Shown here: in pieces, positions 27,474 to 39,439 of the stretch
Position numbering within the stretch: position 1 is the stretch's first letter
How the letters are laid out: every line of letters begins with the position of its first letter
DNA from: Octopus sinensis
Taxonomy: Eukaryota
Direction of reading: 5' to 3'
DNA length: 64,000 nt
NCBI RefSeq assembly: GCF_006345805.1
Contig: NC_042998.1
Coordinates: 196,354,001 to 196,418,000 of the forward strand
Notes under the pieces: generated by a model
Database searches by the model: none
The model's input: the letters and a program-made list of their open reading frames with translations, nothing else
What the model was told of the DNA's origin: nothing
Position numbers and translations under genes: made by a program

Positions 27474-27633
27474 ATATCCTTGGATCTCTGCAAAGACTGT
27501 TGCACCCGATTTGTCGAGGATGGCATCAATTTCTTCAATGACATCAAAATACGCTTCGTTATTGGTATATTTGACACCTGTCCTTCTCCAGGGAATGTTA
27601 GAAAGCTGTCCTGTTGGCAGTATTCCACTGACT
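27474..27633 (-). CDS. AP3M1: AP3M1 exon 6 (VSGILPTGQLSNIPWRRTGVKYTNNEAYFDVIEEIDAILDKSGATVFAEIQGY)
   Basis: TATCAG acceptor, GTGAGT donor; phase 2 in, 0 out; IPWRR.GVKYTNNEAYFDV motif. Confidence 0.97.
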
Positions 27634-27751
27634 CTGATAAATATAAACAAGAAGCCGATCAGATCCTGTCGGACCACCCCAGCATGGAAGGCAGACATAT
27701 GCATATACATACATATAACGTGTGTTAGTTAGTTGGTTAATTTTTTGGCTC

Positions 27752-28025
27752 AAAAAGCAAAAAGCAAGGCCATGTAGGGGGACATGGAGTTATGTACAGG
27801 GTGGTGTTCATGTAAAGAGTTCAGGCCACTTGTGGTCAAGGGAGACTTTGAACCGAGCGGTCGTCGGCATCTTCACCATCTCGTCTGGCAGCTTATTCCA
27901 CGGATCCGCAACCCGGATGGAGAAAGCCCCTCTCCTTCGATTGAGATGAAATCGTCGCAGATAGAGCTTTTCAGAATGACCCCACAGCCGACGCTCTGGA
28001 GCAGGAGTGAATAACAGCTCTTTCG
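27752..28025 (-). mobile_element. CR1-clade LINE 3' end
   Basis: GHSEKL...RRGAFSIRVADPWNKLPDEMV...FKVSLD followed by a short repeat tail. Confidence 0.85.
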
Positions 28026-28135
28026 AGTGGTTACACTTTCCGCTTATGTGTCTATGTGTGTGCATGTTTGTGAATGGAGGTGTGTGTATATGCAAGAGGC
28101 GTTAGGTTTTGTTGAGAAGTAATGCCGATACGTAC

Positions 28136-28260
28136 CCAGTAGATTTACCAGTGACAGTGTCGGTGATCGTCCTCAGGAAGTTGGGGGGTTTAATCAGCTC
28201 CTTGAGAACATTGGATTCTACTGCCAATGGAAAGCCATTGTCCAGCATTTCATCAAGAAG
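28136..28260 (-). CDS. AP3M1: AP3M1 exon 5 (LLDEMLDNGFPLAVESNVLKELIKPPNFLRTITDTVTGKST-G)
   Basis: TTTTAG acceptor, GTACGT donor; phase 0 in, 2 out; EMLDNGFP adaptin-mu signature. Confidence 0.96.
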
Positions 28261-28406
28261 CTAAAACAATAATAATAATAATGAATGAATGAATAATAAC
28301 AATAAATAATAATAATAATAAATGAATAATAACAATAATAATGACAATGAATGATAATAGTAAGAACAATTAATAATAACAATTAATAATAATAATAATA
28401 ATAATA

Positions 28407-28444
<38 letters not shown>

Positions 28445-28446
<2 letters not shown>

Positions 28447-28925
28447 TTTTGTCTTGGTATAAAAGATGGGCTACAGCAAATATTCTGCTCAATACCACAG
28501 ATTTGCTTGTCAGTTGTTTGACTTTAACAAGTTGACCATGTCCCTTAGTGGCTGACGATATGTGCATCTCTGATCACGAGCAGAAGTAGTGGGGGAGCAT
28601 CATAGCCATGTGTTGAGAAGGATTCTTTGGGGTTTGAATAATTCACCTCTGGAAACATGGGTGTTTCGTTCAACATCCTTAAACAACCCTTATTCAGGGA
28701 CCTTTTGAGTGGGATGGGTTACTCGATCTGAAGAAAATTCTAACTGGGCTCCACCTGCAAGGTCATGTGCTGTTTATCTTGATATGAGATCACCATGTCG
28801 CGCACAAATGGTTGTGATGCATGTGCCTGGTGTGCCCTTATCAGACGGGTAGTCATGATGGGTATACTGGGCTTCGTATATTTTACCCCAGTGTCACTTT
28901 GATGGCATGAACTGCTCTCTCACTC
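28445..28925 (+). repeat. Non-coding (TAA)n-flanked repeat; overlapping partial copy at 29294-29512
   Basis: Shared block TGTTTTGTCTTGGTATAAAAGATGGGCTACAGC...GATCACGAGCAG in both copies. Confidence 0.6.
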
Positions 28926-28942
28926 AATAATAATAATAATAA

Positions 28943-29249
28943 TACAAAGACCTGGAAATAGAGCTAACTCAAATGTGGAATCTAAAAACAGAAACAATTC
29001 CTATCATAGTAGGTGCATTAGGCATGATAAAAAAATATTCAGACAAATACATAACAAAAACACCAGGACTTACAAACACATATAACATACAGAAAATTGC
29101 ACTACTAGGCACTGCACACATCCTACGCAGAACACTTTCAATACAGTAACCATCAGAGCATCACAACAAAACACAGCACATACCCAAGGCGTACAGAGCT
29201 GTGCTCGGTAGTGAAGTGAAAGCACGATATAAAAATAAAAATAAAACTA

Positions 29250-29252
<3 letters not shown>
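28943..29252 (+). mobile_element. Dong/R4-like RLE non-LTR retrotransposon 3' end embedded in (TAA)n
   Basis: Open 68-codon C-terminus YKDLEIE...MWNLK...IPIIVGALG...IQKIALLGTAHILRRTL*; (TAA)n on both sides; second copy at 61271-61455. Confidence 0.75.
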
Positions 29253-29296
<44 letters not shown>

Positions 29297-29852
29297 CTGC
29301 CCTGATGCAGTACCAGACAGTGACTCTCATGGTTTCTGATCTTAACTGATTGAAAGTGTTATCATGTACATTGTTTTGTCTTTGGTATAAAAGATGGGCT
29401 ACAGCAAATATTCTGCTCAATACCACAGATTTGCTTGTCAGTTGTTTGACCTCAACTAGTTGAGAATGTCCCTTGGTGGCTGACAATATATGCATCTCTG
29501 ATCATGAGCAGTAGTCAGGGAACATGAATTTCTGGAAACATGGAAGTTTTAAAAGACACAGTGTACTGATCGCTAACAACCGATGCAGGGAGTTTATTTC
29601 ATGCTTCAGTAATTCTGACTGAAAAAATGTTTCCAAAATTGATGGGTGCTATGTTGTTTTTTTGATTTTGTTAGCATGTTCATAAGTGTTAGATTTATGG
29701 AATTCAAAAAGATGCCCGAGGTTATTGTTGAAAGATGAAGGATAATCCTTGTGGGTGTGTCTACCAAGTCAGTTGCCAGATATACACTTTATTATAATAT
29801 ATAGTTACCTCATATTCTATAGCATAACATTGACTATATACAGGTACTATAC

Positions 29853-29965
29853 CTCATATACTATAACATAATGTTCTTTGATTGTTGATTCTGTACACTC
29901 GGCAAAATAATCTTCAAATGTATCAAAGACTCTGTGCAGAAATTCAATTACAAAAAGTGGAGACA
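29853..29965 (-). CDS. AP3M1: AP3M1 exon 4 (VSPLFVIEFLHRVFDTFEDYFAECTESTIKEHYVIVYE)
   Basis: TTTGCAG acceptor, GT donor; phase 1 in, 0 out; PLFVIEFLHRV motif. Confidence 0.95.
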
Positions 29966-30264
29966 CTGCAAAGAAACAAATAAAAAAAAATAAGAAAGGT
30001 AAAGAATCAGAGGATTTAAAAATGGTAAATAGCTGAGGAATTTTAGTGGGTTTGGTATATTAAATCATCATTGTAGAAAACACAATATTATGTCAGGTGG
30101 TGGGCTGTGTGTTAAGGTGAAAACAACCAATAATAAGAATGTGTGAATACCTTATCACAAAACTGACCAACAGAGATCTGTGTAACACCTGAGGTTGTTC
30201 TGTTTAAGAGTTCAAAATCCCAGCTTTTTATAACATTTGATTAATTTTCTAGAACTTTCGACAG

Positions 30265-30560
30265 AACTATTCCCTCCATGCCAAGAGGGACATAAGGCAA
30301 TAATACGACCTCTCCACATCAGCTCTGCTTTCTGCCACTGTTCTGGTCTCATTCCAGTTTCTTCACACTTCCCACCTTCCCTTGTCAATGGTCCTTCGCC
30401 ATGTGGTTTTAGGGTGTCTTGCTGCTCATTTTTCCCCTCAGGCTGCCACTTTAGTCCCACCATACAATCACTTTCTTGTTCCTGTCTGAGGACATGTCCA
30501 ATCCAGTTCCAGTGTCTACATCTTATTTCATCATTGATCCTATTGATTTTGTTGTTGTCT
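30265..30560 (-). mobile_element. Second RTE-type LINE, ORF C-terminal fragment
   Basis: CRHWNWIGHVLRQ...LKWQPEGK...WRGRIIALCPSWH. Confidence 0.75.
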
Positions 30561-31562
30561 CAATTGTATCATTTCAAACTCTTTGTAGCCACTGTAATTA
30601 GGAAAATCATCATCATCATCATCATCACCATCGTTTAACGTCCGCTTTCCATGCTAGCATGGGTTGGACGAATGACTGAGGGCTGGCGAACCAGATGGCT
30701 GCACCAGGCTCCAATCTTGATCTGGCAGAGTTTCTACAGCTGGATGCCCTTCCTAACGTCAACCACTCCATGAGTGTAGTGGGTGCTTTTATGTGCCACC
30801 GGCATGGGGGCCAGTCAGGCGGTACTGGCAATGACCTCGCTTGAATCTTTTTACAGGTGCCAGTAAGGCGATGCTGGTAACGATCATGCTCGAATGGTGT
30901 CTTTTACGCGCCACCGGCACGGAGGTAAGATAGCCACTCTGGCAATGATCACACTCAGATGGTGCTCTTAATACCCTACTAGCACAGGGCTCAAGTGCCA
31001 GTAAGGCAATGCTGGTAACGATCACAATCAAATGGTGCCTTTTAAGTGCCACTGACACTGAAGCCAGTTAGCCGCTCTGTCAATGATCACACTCGTATGG
31101 TGCTCTTTGCACCCTGCTAGCACGGACGCCAGTCATCGAATTTGATTTTGATTTTTGATTTCACTCGCCTCAACAGGTCTTCGCAAGCAGAAGTGTCCAA
31201 AGAAGGAAAGGTACGCATAAGTGGGCTGGTAATGCCCTTGGCATAGGCCACGAAATTATTTAACCATTAAGCAATCAGATTACGCTGTCAAATGTTAGGC
31301 TTGTATAATCAGGTTGTTTTGATCTAATCATGCATTAGGTTGTACCTCGAAGATTTCAATGATGTGATTGTTTATTTCTAGAATGACATTGTAGGGAAGG
31401 TGTGAGAGGCTGGATCTTGCCAGTTTGAACATAGAACAGAAATAATATTTGGACCAAGTATGGCTGGTTTAAATGCTGACAGGTTAAGCAACAGAATAGT
31501 TGAATAGATAAATAAAAAGTCTGCAGTGGAATGAAGAGAAAATATAAAACAGGAGGAAGATT

Positions 31563-31990
31563 TACTTTATTTACATTATTTACATTTGACAGATATTTGT
31601 CCTCATCTTGTTTGTTGTTAACACAACATTTCGGCTGATATACTCTCCAGCCTTCATCAGGTGTCTTAGGGAAATTTCGAACCTGGGTTCTCATTCCTAA
31701 AGTATATGCCCACAGGCATATGGCATAGTGGTTAAGAGCACAGGCTACTAACCCCAAGATTCCAAGTTTGATTCCAGGCAGTGACCTGAATAATAATATA
31801 ATAATAATAACATTGAAAAATACTTTAGGAATGAGAACCCAGGTTTGAAATTTCCCCAAGACACTTGATGAAGGCTGGAGGGTATATCAGCCGAACCGTT
31901 GTGTTAACAACAAACAAGATGAGGACAAATATCCGTCAAATGTAAGTAATGTAAATAATGTACATAATTCCTCATCTCTTAAATATAGAG
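31563..31990. mobile_element. tRNA-headed, hammerhead-bearing element as a head-to-head inverted dimer with 13-bp TSD
   Basis: A box TGGCATAGTGG and B-box-like GTTTGATTCC; hammerhead cores at 31620-31665(-) and 31859-31905(+); CAGGAGGAAGATT at 31550-31562 and 31991-32003. Confidence 0.75.
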
Positions 31991-32009
31991 CAGGAGGAAG
32001 ATTGCTTAC

Positions 32010-32115
32010 CTTCGGTTGTTACAACTGCAACGAAATATAGTTGACTGCGATAGATGTTGATAAGATAATGATGGGGTGTAGCAATGACAGGTGGAACGTC
32101 ATCCAAGGAAACAGC
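32010..32115 (-). CDS. AP3M1: AP3M1 exon 3 (AVSLDDVPPVIATPHHYLINIYRSQLYFVAVVTTE)
   Basis: TTTCAG acceptor, GTAAGC donor; phase 0 in, 1 out; PPVI.TPHHYL motif. Confidence 0.95.
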
Positions 32116-32187
32116 CTGAAAGACAGGAATGCAATTTTGTAAGGAACTGATGAAGCAATGGGATTAACAATAATGTTGATGAAGGCA

Positions 32188-32350
32188 CCTTAGGAATGAG
32201 AACCCAGGTTCGAAATTTCCCCAAGACACCTGATGAAGGCTGGAGAGTATATCAGCCGAAGCGTTGTGTGAACAACAAACAAGATGAGGAAAAAATATCC
32301 ATCAAATGTAAATAATGTACATAATTCCTCATCTCTTAAATATAGAGCTG
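32188..32350 (+). mobile_element. Tail-only copy of the tRNA/hammerhead element; tail end also at 5741-5797(-)
   Basis: GACAC-CTGATGA-AGGCTG...CAGCC-GAAG-CGTT-GTGT. Confidence 0.75.
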
Positions 32351-32507
32351 TATTATGAAATAAAAGGTCTTGCTCAAGGACACATCACCCCACCAGAAAT
32401 TGAACTCACAACCTTATGATTGTGAGCTAAAAATGCTAACTACTAAGTCATGTGTCTTCACTCACACATATATATAACATGCAGTTATATGGATTTAGTA
32501 TTATGAT

Positions 32508-32892
32508 GTGGAGGCGCAATGGCCCAGTGGTTAGGGCAGCGGATTCGCGGTTGTAGGATCGCGGTTTCGATTCCCAGACCGGGCATTGTGAGTGTTTATT
32601 GAGCGAAAACACCTAAAGCTCCACGAGGCTCCGGCAGGGGATGGTGGTGATCCCTGCTGTACTCTTTCACCACAACTTTCTCTCACTCTTACTTCCTGTT
32701 TCTGTTGTACCTGTATTTCAAAGGGCCGGCCTTGTCACTCTCTGTGTCACGCTGAATATCCCCAAGAACTACGTTAAGGGTACACGTGTCTGTGGAGTGC
32801 TCAGCCACTTACACGTTAATTCCACGAGCAAGCTGTTCCGTTGATCGTATCAGCTGGGACCCTCATCGTTGTAACCGACGGAGTGCTCCTAC
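32508..32892 (+). mobile_element. SINE family D (tRNA head GGAGGCGCAATGGCCCAGTGGTTAGG), representative copy
   Basis: TSD TAGTATTATGATG; copies at 10000-10389(-), 11128-11490, 17990-18250(-), 20514-20808, 44226-44595, 45195-45487, 48235-48605, 51853-52140. Confidence 0.85.
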
Positions 32893-33054
32893 TAGTATTA
32901 TGATGGAAGGCAAAAAAAAAAAGATGTTTAGTCATATTTATTATAATTGCTGCGTGAAACTGACTGACAAAGTTGACTCGTCTCAAAAGAGAAGGAAAAT
33001 TCAAAAATAATCTTTTAATCTACAACATTGGTGAAAGAAAAACTTAATCCTTAC

Positions 33055-33133
33055 CCTTCCTTGAACCTCAAAGAAGTAGTCACATATCGATTTGTGGATT
33101 ACACTCTTCCAGTGTTTTTCCATAAACACATCT
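33055..33133 (-). CDS. AP3M1: AP3M1 exon 2 (DVFMEKHWKSVIHKSICDYFFEVQGR)
   Basis: TACAG acceptor, GTAAGG donor; phase 2 in, 0 out; homologous to DIFLEKHWKSVVSQSVCDYFFEAQ. Confidence 0.95.
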
Positions 33134-33759
33134 CTGTAATCAAAAAAATTAGAAAAAATATGAGTTTGCTGTTAACATCGTTGAGAAGTTTACTTCTCTT
33201 TCATGGCTGTGTGGTAAAATGTTTGCTTCCAGGCCACATGGTTCTGGGTTCAGTCCCACTGTGTGGTGACTTGTGCAAGTGTCTTCTACTATAGCTTCAG
33301 GCCAACCAAAAGCCTTGTAAGTGAATTTGGTAGACGGAAACTGAAAGAAGCCCATCATATATATATATGTGTGTGTGTGTTTGTATCTTTGTGCATGTAT
33401 TTGTCCCACACCACTGCTTGATAATTAATGTTGGTTTGTTAAGAAAAGATGTGTGTGTGTGTGTGTGTGCAAGCGCGTGTGTGAGCGTGTGTGTGTGTAT
33501 CCTTGTCTTGACATCATGTGATTGTTGTGAATGAGCATCACCATCTTCCACCTGAAACATGTCTGGCCAAGGGGGAAATGTTACCTTGCTTGGAAACAGG
33601 TGAGGGTTGGTGACAGGAAGGGCATCCGACCATAGAGAGTGATGCAAAAGGGGGGGGTCTGCCCACTGTGCAGGAGTGGATCCCAGAACAGCACAGGCAG
33701 GGGCTGGAAAAAGGATGGGTGGGGCCAACTCATGGTGTGACAGTGGGAAGTACCAGAGT

Positions 33760-34174
33760 GTCATGTTCGTTAGTGCTGCCCCAGGTGGCAAGCTGGCATG
33801 CCTTTTTTTGAAAAACGTTGGGTAGGGCCGATCTGCAGATTAGCATGGTAGAGGGGCGTGGTGCCCTTATAGGGTTCCTAATCTTTGGAACTTGTTCCTT
33901 CGATGGGCCCCAATATACAGAGCACAGTTGTCTTGTATGTGGGATGGGCCCACAGGTTAAATGTAAGGTTGGGAATGTGGTGTATGGCTTCCGATGTGCT
34001 GAGGGATGGTGCGGGGACATGACGGCTACTTGCATTAAAGAGGTGGCACACGGCTTTGGAGAGCATGTGGGTGAGCACTGGCAGGGGCTCAGGGAGGAGC
34101 AGGGCTCTTCAGTGCTCTACCAACATGCTCAGGCAGAGCATGGAGGTTGGGGTATTGTTGGCGCATGGAGGTGA
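33760..34174 (+). mobile_element. Degenerate Penelope-like element ORF (linker and GIY-YIG endonuclease)
   Basis: VMFVSAAPGGKLA, a frameshift, then CLVC...CKVGNVVYGFRC...CIKE...EHWQGL...SSVLYQHAQAEHGG. Confidence 0.6.
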
Positions 34175-34976
34175 TACAACACTTGGACAGATCACGGAGG
34201 CTGCACACATGACAATGGATGGACTGGGCCTCAGTGGAGAACACGAATGAAACAGTGACACACACCATCATTCCACACAGCATGACAACTAGGGACTGAG
34301 GACTGAGGGGGAGAAAAGGTAAAAAAAAATCAGATACAAGTAGCGTTGTACACATACAATGGACATGTGTGCACATACCTGTTATAAACGTTATAAAGTT
34401 GGAGACATTGAAAGGGAAAAGAAGTTGTATAGAGGGCACGGATGTAAGCAACATGGGGGGGGGGGTGATCCCATATGCACACACAGACACACATATGGTG
34501 GCTTCACAGACAGCTGCAGCAGTGCCAACAACAACATCTGCCATGATGGCAGCGAGCACACAGGTGCAGTGAGTTGCAGGTGTGGTGCATAAGGTCGTGT
34601 TTGGTGGCGGCAGCAATGGAGTGGGAGATGGGGCTGAGGGGAGGGTCATGGTGTTGCTAGGAGCAGTGCCACACACACACACATACACACACAAGTGCAT
34701 GCGTGTGTGGGGATACACATCGTAGATGAAGGGAATGAAATAGGCAAAGCGGGAGCACGCGCAAGGACAGAGGGTGTCATAGGGGACAGGGGGGTGTGGT
34801 CACAGATGAGTTGGAGTAGGAATGGTAATAAGCGAGTGACGAATGAATGTGTGGTGCATGTGTTTGTTTAGTAAAAGAAAAGGCAAAAATGACCATCCCG
34901 AAATACAAGAACATCTGTTTCAACACACAACTCCACATCAGGAATCTTGCAATACAAATTCATAAACACACACATA

Positions 34977-35029
<53 letters not shown>

Positions 35030-35389
35030 GTATTTATATATATGTAGTTGTGATACCCGTATCGGTGGCACATAAAAAGCACCATCCGAACGTGAATGAT
35101 GCCAGTGCCGCCTTGACTGGCGTCCATGCCAGTGGCACATAAAAAGCACCAACCGATCGTGACCATTGCCAGCCTCCTCTGGCCCCTGTGCCGGTGGCAT
35201 GTAAAAAGCACCCACTACACTCGGAGTGGTTGGCGTTAGGAAGGGCGTCCAGCTGCAGAAACACTGCCATATCAGATTGGAGCCTGGTGCAGTCTCCTGG
35301 CTTCCCAGACCCCTGTCGAACTGTCCAACCCATGCTAGCATGGAAAACGGACGTTAAACTATGATGATGATGTATGTATGTATGTATAT

Positions 35390-35440
<51 letters not shown>

Positions 35441-38400
35441 GACACTGTAAAGTGGTTGGCGTTTGGAAAGGCAACCAGTTGTAAAAACTTTGCCAAAACT
35501 GATCTCGCCTGTGCTTGTGCTACATAAAAAGCCCTAAGTCCACCCTGCTGAGTGGTTGGGGTTAGGAAGGGCATACAGCTGTAAAAATCCTGCCAAAACA
35601 GTCACAGAAGTCTGGTGCAGGCCTCTGCCTGGCTGGCCTTAGTCACACAACTCCTAACTTACATGAATTAGATGCTTTATCTTGATCTAGATTATGGCAG
35701 TGAATGATGTAAAGAAAACTCAATATAGACACAGCAAGAACCACCTTATCTGGAACAACCGATATTCTATAGCCTCCAAACTTCTAATTTAGCTGATTCA
35801 CTCAATTACTCTTAATTAATCTCAACAGCAAAACCGCTTTTAAAGTCCTAAAATTTTAGTCTTAACTGCTTTTTTTGTAGAGATCTCTGTAAACTATACT
35901 TTCACATCTTATAACTCAGGTGTGGTTGTGTAGTAAGAAGCTTCCTTCCTAACCACATGGTTCTGGGTTCAGTTCCACTGTGTGGCACCTTGGACGAATG
36001 TCTTCCATGATACCTTGGGCCAACCAACGACTTGCAAGTGCATTTGCCAGACAGAAACGGAAAGAAGCCCATCATCATCATCATTTAACGTCCACTGTCC
36101 ATGCTGGCATGGCTTTGACCAGGACTGGCAAGCTGAAAAGCTGTACCTGACTCTAGTCTGATCTGGCAGTGTTTCTGCAGCTGGATGCCCTTCCTATCAC
36201 CAACCACTCCAAGAGTGTAATGGGTGCTATTACATGCCACTTGCATGACACCAGTATCTTCCACGACTACCATTTCACTTGGTTTGATGGGTCTTCTCGA
36301 GCACAACATAATGCCAAAGTTGTAGGGGTGTGAAAGGAGAGTGACAGATAGTTAGAGATGGGGATAGAAGTGAATGTAGCAAATGATAAGGGTCAAGATG
36401 TGGTCAATGGTAAATACCAGTATGAGGGGGAGGTAAAACAAATAAGAATAGTTCAGGAAGGCAGAGATGATAAATGGCAGAATAGATAGGAGGGCTCTGA
36501 AAGGGGTCCCAGGGAGTAGCATCCTTGCCTTCCTAAGCTAGTTTTCCACCATATTTCTTAAAAATCATGGTAGAGGCCTCGGTCTCGGGACCACTCATGT
36601 CTAGAAACTGAGGTTGGGGGTAAGCAAGGGCATGCTTCCTGTAGAAAACCCAGCTCTAAGAAAGCCTCATGATAGCAAAGGAGAATGGGCTGGTGTGAGG
36701 GCTGTTGCTATGGCAATGAGGTAGACCCGGCCACCCTCGTTAACGAGGACAAAACCCGGATTTAAAACACTGGCTGACTGACTGTTAACAACACTGCTCA
36801 GCAAATATCAACTTTTTTTTAGCTTCTTCAGAATGATGCATTCTTTATTCAATTTCCTGATAAAAATTCATATTTAAGATGATGATGATGATGTATCTAT
36901 TTCAGGTAATCAGTTAGAACAATTAATGAAATATTTGAGAGAAAGAGTTATTGAAGTTTCATAATAGAAATGGTTTGAACAAATGTCACAGCTGGGGGAT
37001 TTAGCAAGTAGCAGGTTGAGCAGGTTGTACCTCAGGGAACCAAAAAACATAATATTGATTTTTAAGTTTTTACAAGGGCACAAGGCTCCCAATATCATTA
37101 GATGAAGGCAGGTAGGTAGGATGGTGAAGTTATAGAAGGGGTTACGTTCGTCTGCCGTTACGTTCTGAGTTCAAATTCCGCCGAGGTCGACTTTGCCTTT
37201 CATCCTTTCGGGGTCGATTAAATAAGTACCAGTTACGAACTGGGGTCGATATAATCGACTTAATCCGTTTGTCTGTCCTTGTTTGTCCCCTCTGTGTTTA
37301 GCCCCTTGTGGGTAGTAAAGAAATAGGTATTTCGTCTGCCACTAGGTTCTGAGTTCAAATTCCGCCGAGGTCGACTTTGCCTTTCATCCTTTCGGGGTCG
37401 ATAAATTAAGTACCAGTTACGAACTGGGGTCGATATAATCGACTTAATCCCTTTGTCTGTCCTTGTTTGTCCCATCTGTGTTTAGCCCCTTGTGGGTAAT
37501 AAAGAAATAGTTATAGAAGGGGTTGGAAGAAGGCAAAATATACTGAGATGGTGAAAGTATGCTGAAACAATGGGTGGGTGGTATCCAAGGTGGGAGCTCA
37601 TTGTTTAAGGGCTTAGTTGAACGAATCATCCATTCCCTGCATGCATGGATACATGTTTGCATAGTTTCATTCAACGAAATTCATTCACAAAACATTGGTC
37701 ATCCCAGAGCTATATTCTTTTATCTGTTTTGGTCATTTGACTGTGGCCATGCTGGAGCACCACCTTTAGTCGAGCAAATCGACCCCAGGACTTATTCTTT
37801 GTAAGCCTAGTACTTAATCTGTTTGTTTGTTACAGGGATGTAAACACACAAGCATTGGTTGTCAAGCGATTTTGGGGAGGCAAACACGGACACAAACACA
37901 CATACATATATATATACGACAGGCTTCTTTCAGTTTCTCTCTACCAAATCTGCTCACCTCACAAGGGTTTGATCGGACCAAGGCTACAGTAGAAGACACT
38001 TGTCCAAGGTGCCACGCAGTGGGACTGAACCCTGAACCATGTGGTTGGTAAGCAAGCTACTTACCACACAGCCACTCCTGCACCTATAGTAGAAGATACA
38101 TGTCCAAGGTGTCACACAGTGGGACTGAATCCAAACTCATCTGACTGAAAAAGCAAGCTTCCTAACCATATAGCCATGCCTGCATCTAGGGAGATTTGAC
38201 TGCTATTGCTAGTAAATCAAACTATTATGTTCAGTCTCTCTCATTGACTGCTATTGTTGTTGTTGTTTAACCCGGGTCAACCCTAATCCAGCAGAACTGC
38301 GATCAAAAGCGTTCCAGGCGAGAACGTACAATTATTTTTTTTAGACATAGTATATCTAAGACAACATTATTTAGTCTTTACTCTTTTTTTACTCTTTTTA

Positions 38401-38595
38401 CTTGTTTCAGTCATTTGACTGCGGCCATGCTGGAGCACCGTCTTTAATCGAGCAACTCGACCCCGGGACTTGTTCTTTTTGTAAGCCCAGTACTTATTCT
38501 ATCAGTCTCTTTTGCCGAACCGCTAAGTAACGGGGACATAAACACACCAGCATCGGTTGTCAAGCGATGTTGGGGGGACAAACACAGACACACAA

Positions 38596-38626
<31 letters not shown>

Positions 38627-39439
38627 CATATATACGACAGGCTTCTTTCAGTTTCCGTCTACCAAATCCACTGACAAGGCATTGGTCGGCCCGGGGCTAT
38701 AGTAGAAGACACTTGCCCAAGGTGCCATGCAGTGGGACTGAACCCGGAACCATGTGGTTGGTTAGCAAGCTACTTACCACACAGCCACTCCTGCGCCTAT
38801 TTAATGTCTTTTTGTTGTATTTTGTCTTTTTTTCTTTTCTCCAGACGGTAGAGTGTGGTTTGGGTGAAGCTTTGGCTGTCATTTCAAGCAGGTCGAGTGA
38901 CCGCATATAGGTTTTCTCGTCGGTTCGTCACTTACCTTTTATCCCTCGAGTGTGAGAAGGGTAAAAGGTAGAAATATGCACACGGCAGGTGCATATTGCA
39001 GGATGGGGGACTAAATATTGCTCAACAACAGGACAATAACAACACTGAACAGATTATTTTAATGATTATAGAGAGGATGTTTATTTAATACCAGCTCAGA
39101 CCTGATCGAGAAGCAGACTCGCGGTTAAAGGTCGTCCGATCGTGATAATCCCGTCTTGTTTTCAGACGTATCGTATCTCGAACTATCTTAACCAAAATAT
39201 ATTTTCCTCTCTGAGATGTCGGTGCGAGATATGAGGGAGATTTGGCTGCCGCTTTTAGTAGGTTTAGCTGACAACTTGCGAGACTGCAGTTTACGGTAGA
39301 GTGGGTGTGTTTCGTGAGTGAGTGAGGCAAACGTGTTTATGGTGGAGTTCGTTAAACTGCGACAATCGAGCGTAATTAAAGTTATGACAGCCATATGTTT
39401 ACAACAGAATTTGTGAGGTAACAACATTGATAATTATTT

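Noticed and set aside
31715-31790. SINE heads (families A, C, D and the hammerhead element) as tRNA genes
   Set aside because: A/B boxes are present but there is no complete acceptor stem, and each continues into a repeat body.
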